Positions 60,509 to 64,000 of a stretch of 64,000 nt of DNA are shown piece after piece. Positions within the stretch are counted from its first letter, which is position 1, and the number at the start of each line of letters is the position of its first letter. The translations under genes and the position numbers were made by a program. Source of the stretch: an uncultured delta proteobacterium (GTDB lineage Bacteria > Desulfobacterota > Syntrophia > Syntrophales > Smithellaceae); assembly GCA_963753975.1 (NCBI GenBank), contig CAVWEH010000002.1:684919-748918 (forward strand). Reading direction: 5' to 3'. The notes under the pieces were generated by a model. It did not search any database. It was not told the origin of the DNA and saw only the letters and a list, made by a program, of their open reading frames with translations.

Positions 60509-61693
60509 GTGTTGAGGCAGATGAAAATCAATAAAATTAATAAATGCGAAAATATATTCATAATTCTTATTAGTATAACAATTTTATCATTATTGTTCAT
60601 AGAAATAATGATCAATATAACTCCGCCGATAGCCCGTGACGTGCTCATTCATCATTTGGCTATTCCTAAGCTCTGGCTGAAAAATGGCGGTTTCTATGAA
60701 ATCAAATGGGCTGATTTTTCTTATTATCCAATGAATATCGATCTACTTTATATCATCCCGCTTTATTTCAATAATGATGCCATTCCCAGTTTTATCCATA
60801 TGGGCTTTGGCATCGGAACAGCGTGGCTGATTTATCACTATGTCAGCAATAAATTAGGCCGTCTTGCAGGGCTTCTTGGTGTTCTTGTTTTTCTCAGCAC
60901 ACCGATTGTGGTGCGTATGTCCACGGTTGCCTATGTCGATCTTGGTTTGGTTTTTTTTACAACAGCCAGCCTTCTCGCATATGTCCGCTGGCGTGACGGC
61001 GAGTACAAAGAATACAAATGGTTTTTATTTTCCGCAATCGCTTTGGGTCTGGCTCTGGGAACAAAATACAATGCCTTGATTGCATGGTTTTTTCTATCGT
61101 TCGCAATTGTATTTGTCTATTCCAGGGACACGGAAAGACAAGGGAAAGCTATAGGGTATGGTGCCGTCTTTTTTCTCGTTTCTCTCTTGATATTTTCTCC
61201 CTGGCTGATCAAGAATATAATTCTTACGGGCAATCCTTTATATCCGCTATTTAAAGGCATCTTCAGCATAAGCAGTGTCACCACTGAAGGAGGCACTACT
61301 TCCATAGTTTCCGGAAATACTTATATGGGTATCTTCAAAATGCGGGAAATGTTATACGGAGAAAATTTTTGGGAAACTTTGCTTATTCCCCTCCGGTTTT
61401 TTTTCCAGGGGCAAGATCATTCCGACCGTTATTTCGACGGTGTCTTAAACCCTATTCTAATAATCGCACTTCCTTTTGCCTTTATGAACAAGTCATTCTA
61501 TCGTGATAAGCTCTTTTTTATGTTGTTTGCCGGTTTCTTCATTTTAGCGACCTTTTTCCTTGATCAGCAAAGGATACGTTATATATTACCTGTCATCCCA
61601 ATTCTATCTATCCTGACAGTAATGGGTTTGATAAATATCTTCAACTGGACGATGAGCATATCAAATCGCTTCAAGGAACCTTTGTTATTGTAG
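60509..61693 (+). CDS. GT-C family glycosyltransferase (ArnT/PMT_2-like), membrane part, ends at an in-frame TAG
   Basis: 394 aa, about 11 TM segments. First-loop PPIARDVLIHH and GTKYNAL motifs typical of GT39/GT83-type enzymes. The start codon is uncertain (GTG 60509 or ATG 60521). Confidence 0.7.
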   Translation: MLRQMKINKINKCENIFIILISITILSLLFIEIMINITPPIARDVLIHHLAIPKLWLKNGGFYEIKWADFSYYPMNIDLLYIIPLYFNNDAIPSFIHMGFGIGTAWLIYHYVSNKLGRLAGLLGVLVFLSTPIVVRMSTVAYVDLGLVFFTTASLLAYVRWRDGEYKEYKWFLFSAIALGLALGTKYNALIAWFFLSFAIVFVYSRDTERQGKAIGYGAVFFLVSLLIFSPWLIKNIILTGNPLYPLFKGIFSISSVTTEGGTTSIVSGNTYMGIFKMREMLYGENFWETLLIPLRFFFQGQDHSDRYFDGVLNPILIIALPFAFMNKSFYRDKLFFMLFAGFFILATFFLDQQRIRYILPVIPILSILTVMGLINIFNWTMSISNRFKEPLLL

Positions 61694-61696
61694 TTC

Positions 61697-62188
61697 TTGT
61701 TTTCTATTTTTATTTTAATGATGGGCAGGAACTTCCTTTATATAAACAATTATTTTCAGAATATTGGACCAATTAACTATATTTTAGGCAAAGAATCAAG
61801 GGATGAGTTTATTACGCGTCATGATCACAGTTATTCAGCTATTAAATATATTAATGCAAACACACCGGAAAATGCCAAAGTCAGATTAATTTTACTGGCG
61901 GGACGCGGGTATTATCTGGATAGAATATATGAGGATGATTCTTCTTATGGTATGGATGTTATTCGCGGCCTTGCAGTAAGCTCCACCGACGATAAATCCT
62001 TTCGTGCTTATCTTAGTTCCCTTGGCTGCACTCACATTCTGATACGGGTGGATTTGTTTCATCAATTTCTGCGTGATAATTATTCTCCGGATGCGGGTAA
62101 ATTACTAATTCAGCGGATGAGCAAAACAATGGATATGATATACAATAAGGATGGATATGCAGTATACAGAATAATCCTCCCCTCGTAA
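61697..62188 (+). CDS. C-terminal TM segment and soluble domain of the same GT-C protein (same frame, separated only by TAG 61691..61693)
   Basis: 61697 minus 60509 is divisible by 3. The sequence continues one more TM helix (FLFSIFILMMG) and then a domain of about 140 aa. No RBS or ATG of its own (TTG only). Confidence 0.55.
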   Translation: MFSIFILMMGRNFLYINNYFQNIGPINYILGKESRDEFITRHDHSYSAIKYINANTPENAKVRLILLAGRGYYLDRIYEDDSSYGMDVIRGLAVSSTDDKSFRAYLSSLGCTHILIRVDLFHQFLRDNYSPDAGKLLIQRMSKTMDMIYNKDGYAVYRIILPS

Positions 62189-62350
62189 GCTCTCCGCTCG
62201 GGGGCGTTATGTCCAATAGCCCATAATTTCTTCATACGGTAAAGAAGCATTTCGCTTCTTACACATTGAACTTCACGTTTAAGATTTATGTACCCGAATA
62301 CTCCGGTGGAGTTATGTTTTCAGATAAGGAAATTGAAATTATAAGATAAT

Positions 62351-62383
62351 AAATAAAAGAAGGGGGTCGCATAGACCCCCTTC
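62351..62383 (-). terminator. Rho-independent terminator of the pilin gene
   Basis: Minus-strand GAAGGGGGTC-tatgc-GACCCCCTTC followed by TTTTATTT. Confidence 0.7.
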
Positions 62384-62426
62384 TTTCGTTAAACTACGGT
62401 AGAAATAGAGTCGTGAACAATATTTT

Positions 62427-62837
62427 TTATTGAACCTTTAGGTCATCAGTGACACCACCAGTAGGTGCATAGATGACTGATCCCGTTACGTGGGAGGTGT
62501 CTCCCGAGTAAGTACCTGTTACCTGGCCCGTATCGTCTATCGCAATTGTAACTCCATTTGATACTCTCATTCCTGGATATAAAGTAGAACTAAGATCACC
62601 CGGCCCTACTGTTGTAACAGCAGGAGGAGTAGCTCCCGGATTATCAGCCATATACGCTTGCGTTCCCGTATAAGCATTTCTCGCATCGGCTCTTGTGGTT
62701 GCAACGTAGCCCCTTGCCCTGTATAGCATGAATTGCGGGATGGCGATGGCTGCCAAAATACCGATAATCGCCACAACGATCATCAACTCAATCAACGTGA
62801 AACCTTTTTGTCCTTTTTTCTTAAAAAACTTTAACAT
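62427..62837 (-). CDS. Type IV pilin-like protein (class III signal peptide)
   Basis: [12 protein letters not shown]|[24 protein letters not shown], with G-1, F+1 and E+5. The C-terminal ~90 aa is Thr/Ser/Gly-rich and has no Cys. Confidence 0.85.
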   Translation of the reverse strand: MLKFFKKKGQKGFTLIELMIVVAIIGILAAIAIPQFMLYRARGYVATTRADARNAYTGTQAYMADNPGATPPAVTTVGPGDLSSTLYPGMRVSNGVTIAIDDTGQVTGTYSGDTSHVTGSVIYAPTGGVTDDLKVQ

Positions 62838-62996
62838 AATGTTCCTCCTTCTATAATAGCATTTTAATTTTTGCGTTTTTATTTGTTATTAAATACACTA
62901 TATTTCGCCAAATTTGTCTACCCGTTAATTTTGCCTTCTCACCCCCTTAATTGTTTTTATCTTAAACTTTCTTTCTCTCTACACATTTTAACTTCA

Positions 62997-63012
62997 AGCA
63001 ATTGATATGCCA
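62997..63012 (-). promoter_or_regulatory. Sigma54 (-24/-12) promoter upstream of the pilin
   Basis: Minus-strand TGGCAT-ATCAA-TTGCT against the consensus TGGCAC-N5-TTGCW. A second TGGCAT lies 7 nt upstream. About 160 nt from the ATG. Confidence 0.5.
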
Positions 63013-63753
63013 AATGCCACAAATATACTTCTCTCCATAAAAATACCTGAAATTAGTGTTTAAATCCAAGAATAAACATTTCCTCAAAATCTTTATAGCG
63101 GTAGAGTTGATAATCCTATAGATTCGATAAGCGGTGTTTTTCACCAAAACACCGTAGATTTCACCCTTTATTAAAAAATGCTATTTTGCAGTTAATAAAT
63201 AATATTAAACTCAAAGGCAAATCCCGAATCCCAAAATAAGGACAGTTACCGGCAGTATGGACTGCAGCTCCCAAGCCGGACAAAATGTGTTAGAGTAGTT
63301 GGCACGAGCCAGAGTCCAGGAGAACGGGAGAAAGTATCTTGCCATGAAGCACCGAAAAATTTTTGCTATCGAACTCCTACGCCGGATTGTCGCAAAACTG
63401 CTCAGCGGGATGAGCATGCCTTCCCGACTCATATGCCGTTAGATCGTAGCTATAAGCCAGTGGTTAAACTAAAAGTGCCATAGTTGACAGTTTCGGATAC
63501 ATTCAGGTAGCTGTTACAAAAAAAGCACGGTCCAACTAGCCCGGACGAGGCATCCTGAAGGAGGTAGAAAGTAATATCGTACAAGTTTTTTATTTTATCC
63601 GCCAATATGATATACAGGACACAAGGAAGCGCAGATGAAGTGGAGTAAACCCCTCGATTGTATTGCCGCTGGCACTGATTAATATAAACTACATCATAAA
63701 TGGCAAAGTTCAAATATAAATTAGAAACTTAAAAAACGAGGAACTGCGATTTA

Positions 63754-64000
63754 TGGAACAGGAAAAGCCAGAAACACCTTCAAAATCTGTTTGGAAAAGG
63801 ATAAATAATTCAAAGTATCTTCTAATTATATTTGCAATAGCTTCTTTTCTCCTTCCATTTTTAATTGGCAGTTATGACCTTCACACAAAAAGACAACTAG
63901 AATTTATGGATAATATGGCGGAAGAATATATGTTGCTTGGTGTTAAACTTCAGCAAACGGGCAAATATGAAATTGAAAAAAATAAAAACTTCTTTTTCAG
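63754..64000 (+). CDS. 5'-partial hypothetical membrane-anchored protein (runs off the window)
   Basis: ATG after GAGGA. MEQEKPETPSKSVWKRINNSKYLLIIFAIASFLLPFLIGSY... is open to the window end. Confidence 0.4.

Noticed and set aside
63270-63555. RNase P RNA-like strings on the minus strand (CGTCCGGGCT and GTCCGGCTTGG about 270 nt apart, similar to CR-I/CR-IV spacing).
   Set aside because: The universally conserved GAGGAAAGTCC, the AGGGTGAAA/GGTAAGAGC block and the ACAGAA context are all absent. The region is reported only as an unexplained segment.
63669-63685. TGGCAC upstream of the last partial gene.
   Set aside because: No TTGC follows at N5 (the sequence is tgattaatat), so this is not a -24/-12 promoter.

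Overview
This is a gene-dense, low-GC (roughly 35-40% by eye) chromosomal segment from a Gram-negative bacterium. Envelope genes present include a Pal/OmpA lipoprotein, LpxH, KpsF, RND/OMF efflux and a type IV pilin. The gene content would fit an anaerobic Desulfobacterota-like organism (tungstate uptake, HAD-first FadB, sigma54 pilin, many two-component genes). That taxonomic guess is inference only, because no database search was possible.

Layout, left to right:
- CBS protein, PaaI thioesterase, and an HK-CheY-RR(LuxR) operon.
- Decayed small membrane genes, then Pal-like lipoprotein, HtrA, Usp, ferritin and WrbA.
- A tungstate/molybdate-type ABC locus with two tandem binding-protein paralogs and an HTH-PBP regulator.
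- TetR plus a clearly GC-richer (about 50-55%) mdtABC-OMF-type RND operon carrying about 17 frameshifts.
- DedA, MFS, an orphan biotinyl-domain mini-protein and a lipoprotein isochorismatase-family hydrolase.
- A patch of small secreted or hypothetical genes, then a four-tRNA operon (Arg-His-Arg-Lys).
- A large secreted protein, then dprA-topA-trmFO separated by a family of structured intergenic repeats.
- tRNA-fMet, speB, lpxH, kpsF, gamma-CA-like protein, tRNA-Val, and a beta-oxidation operon (tetR-acd-fadB-fadA).
- A glycosylation-type island (53.1-62.2 kb), followed by a Thr/Ser-rich type IV pilin with a sigma54 promoter.

The glycosylation island is the most interesting part. It holds three SAM methyltransferases (one fused to a DPM1-like GT2), two tandem TMTC-like GT-C/TPR paralogs and a third GT-C enzyme. 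The two paralogs share a 1.2-kb, about 99.7%-identical 5' block and a conserved 3' end around a swapped TPR cassette.

Caveat: many genes carry frameshifts or in-frame TAG codons (TSUP, trmFO, kpsF, gamma-CA, CN-hydrolase, all RND genes, one GT-C). Indel-type assembly error and real gene decay cannot be told apart from the sequence alone. All calls rest on motif recognition by eye, and frameshift positions are approximate.
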